From NCBI GenBank assembly GCA_016926735.1, contig JAFGOA010000223.1:35147-99146 (forward strand): a stretch of DNA of 64,000 bases, given 5' to 3'. This DNA is from Promethearchaeota archaeon (GTDB taxonomy: Archaea > Asgardarchaeota > Lokiarchaeia > Sigyniarchaeales > SOKP01). Under the pieces are notes generated by a model that saw nothing but the letters and a program-made list of their open reading frames with translations, was not told where the DNA came from and searched no databases. The position numbers and the translations under genes were made by a program. How positions within the stretch are numbered: the first letter of the stretch is position 1; each line of letters starts with the position of its first letter. Of this stretch, positions 62,801 to 64,000 are shown piece by piece.

Positions 62801-63943
62801 CAACAGCATCACATCTAAATTATAATTGTTATAGATCCATAATAATTCTGTATAAGATAAATTATAGTTAAAGAATCTAAGATCATCTATAATTCCTGAA
62901 AATGCTTGATTTCCAGCAAAACCGTCTCCTAATGAATCTTGTTCTTGAGCTACTATTAACCCTCCTGGTGTAATATATACAGGCTCTCCTGGATTACTAT
63001 ATATCAATCCATCTGTTTGAATTAGATCCGTATATATATGGGTTCCGCTTCCATTTCGTTGCCACACATAAAAGTGCCATCCTGGTTGATTTGGAGCTCT
63101 CATTAACATATAATTATCTGTACCATAATATCCTGATATAATATATTCTTGATCTCCTGGATCACTCTGAGTTGCCCAAAAACATATTGTGAATTGACTA
63201 ACACCATTAATTACCGAATATGGTACGTCAATATAACCCGATGTTTGGGTATCTTCGAAGTCCAAAGCCCAATTTCCCTGGTATCCAGTAACATAATTAG
63301 TATTTATACCCACATCATAAATTGTACCATTATTCTTTCCCATTAAATCTCTCGCTGTCGTAGAACCTTCATTTTCAAAGTCATACCATGCCATTCCGAA
63401 ATGATCTGCATCAAAATAAATGCCGTCAATAGATGCATTTTCATTACCATAATACATATACGTATTATATGTCTCAGAATTCGGAGATATATCTGATTCA
63501 AACCAGATTCGTGCAATATCATTATAAGGATAATCTGTTGTATAATAATATTTTAATAAATTATCGTCTTGAATAATTCTTAAATCTGCTAAATCTGTTC
63601 TTATTTTACCTTCATTTACTAATTTAGAGTGATTAAGCTGAAAATAAACACTATAACTTTCTAAATTATAGTTATAAGGATTAGAAATATTTATACATTG
63701 TCTATATTCCCAATTTACATTCCACCAAGAATCTTCACCAATCTGGCTTTCTTTTAGGTTATTAATAGGATTATTAGGACTATCTCTTTTCTCTTGGTTT
63801 GAGGAAAAATTTATACCAAAAATAAAGCATATATTAAATAGAAATGAGAATATGATAATGGATAAAATAAAATATCTTGAATAGCTTTTTGATTCCCTTC
63901 TTTTTGTTAAAAAGTTTTTTATAGAATTGTCTCTTTTATTCAT
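59840..63943 (-). CDS. Large membrane-anchored surface protein (DUF2341-like, LamG/pentraxin-like, Ig-like repeats)
   Basis: N-terminal TM, WWNVNWEYRQCI, YMYYGN, QEQDSLG..FSGIIDDLRFFN, many N-x-S/T sequons, C-terminal TM. Confidence 0.8.
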   Translation of the reverse strand: MNKRDNSIKNFLTKRRESKSYSRYFILSIIIFSFLFNICFIFGINFSSNQEKRDSPNNPINNLKESQIGEDSWWNVNWEYRQCINISNPYNYNLESYSVYFQLNHSKLVNEGKIRTDLADLRIIQDDNLLKYYYTTDYPYNDIARIWFESDISPNSETYNTYMYYGNENASIDGIYFDADHFGMAWYDFENEGSTTARDLMGKNNGTIYDVGINTNYVTGYQGNWALDFEDTQTSGYIDVPYSVINGVSQFTICFWATQSDPGDQEYIISGYYGTDNYMLMRAPNQPGWHFYVWQRNGSGTHIYTDLIQTDGLIYSNPGEPVYITPGGLIVAQEQDSLGDGFAGNQAFSGIIDDLRFFNYNLSYTELLWIYNNYNLDVMLLEEQQISALIDITIRDIDGRPLPNAKVSLVNNSLPIENRTLQTLVTSNNGKVIFSDIPFGEYDLTINYTLNNGTYLYENLIYNSSNYIDGTLSFYGLFENRTIHTDIWSIDFKVDDWENEPVNLGYILVYNETSTNPLLANLSLNSGLGKTTFRWLNRSHYYYEIYYYNEDYLTKNNLLDSGFVNRENKVKIADYSVISTAVHDIGNIWKSNITIYAEGSSSSNIGKNMIIKYCIELEDMTDHLGEIQLRYFDKDMTWKIIEGSYKDYESSDTSDKLLFNIYDNYVAYGLEIVVSYFNTSISNGQIHLNYSETTNLYYKAAMSKLSIYTFDKSSEHLPIQYMLVKIVNNTGYSIANLITNNYGEARGYNNDIPFWYFHGDYFFSLSFYGSNKSFRVTESDKYFDSEKEYYELDPYNYTLDIAAQLRFNVTINIEDFQSRFQDTEGISDVNWGENMYFSVNYTIKTPELDWHPIQNPDYVRYEITKLSSTLIVLSGDMNSEGNGNYSLTLNSNVLIGEEWYKIRIYGRKIGYIDPYDKTFDFEVKGIKTGIYLHNYTTKNIIISNKTSEFYNKEINITLSYFELYNPSQRITGAYLTYNIPDLSEFSDIIYEDQLSPGYYTFTIDTSIFPNIDQYKIEITANKDNYTYIDDYEILLDIKPIPTVINGQSREKIIDEIPVLHAKNYIFEYNDTINEIRISECNTKYYEWNRLDDDGNFLYGDGNEGIGFLVESLDHLYILDFDTELQTVGRYSIAVYLQKQNYLIKFADLTITIVPRPINKDIIGFPSKQLNIAQGKDLILELNIVDFLTSDPLTDANVTLVIQGYNPINAINLGSGIYRFEFSTSGIDTFFIPKSFVALIIIEKENYETIDFEFNIVVGMIEIIPGFPMFYFLMIVIGIGAITGSLVGYRYIQIARIPEFIKKSRKLKKEINSNKTISDSTLYPSKEFFIAKILGDKWKKLGLSLEDTLRLEGKKMKKYEEKKSGGVK

Positions 63944-64000
63944 ATTTTAGCATCTCATAATAATATGATTAAAATATCATTAAATTCATTTTAAAATAAC

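Noticed and set aside
128-63346. Short overlapping track ORFs (e.g. 128-454, 645-866, 4976-5254, 15516-16211, 20740-21048, 36074-36415, 38716-38901, 57982-58192)
   Set aside because: Antisense or off-frame shadows of well-supported genes, with no motifs
1-64000. CRISPR arrays, tRNA or rRNA genes
   Set aside because: No regularly spaced repeats and no GC-rich structured RNA-like segment seen by eye; a covariance search was not possible

Overview
Very AT-rich archaeal DNA, most consistent with an Asgard archaeon of the Lokiarchaeia type. This is inferred from a gelsolin-like protein, a Rag/Arf-like small GTPase, longin-like proteins, and Sec-containing HdrA/MvhD with a eukaryote-like SECIS. 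Most of the window is housekeeping or metabolic: AOR, feoAAB, a Mrp/NifU/NifX/MinD-ferredoxin cluster, htpG, hisS, pyrF, hdrA-mvhD, AMP phosphorylase, DNA ligase, hisGDC, hypB and large secreted proteins. The main discovery is three tiny (30, 32 and 30 nt) stop-containing insertions inside two protein-coding genes: two in an LsrF-like class I aldolase (7624-7653 and 7024-7055) and one in AMP phosphorylase (41201-41230). Each folds into a bulge-helix-bulge (BHB) motif. Cutting after the 2nd nt of each 3-nt bulge restores the conserved protein motif exactly (DHG|YF, GVD|MGR, DKHST|GG), so these are candidate tRNA-endonuclease-type mRNA introns. The aldolase is followed by a free-standing LAGLIDADG endonuclease and a diverged second copy of its last exon that starts exactly at the intron-2 site, which suggests how such introns spread. 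Also present are an IS607 derivative with an internally deleted tnpA and a catalytically rearranged TnpB, and several palindromic operator families. All calls are by eye; no database searches were run.
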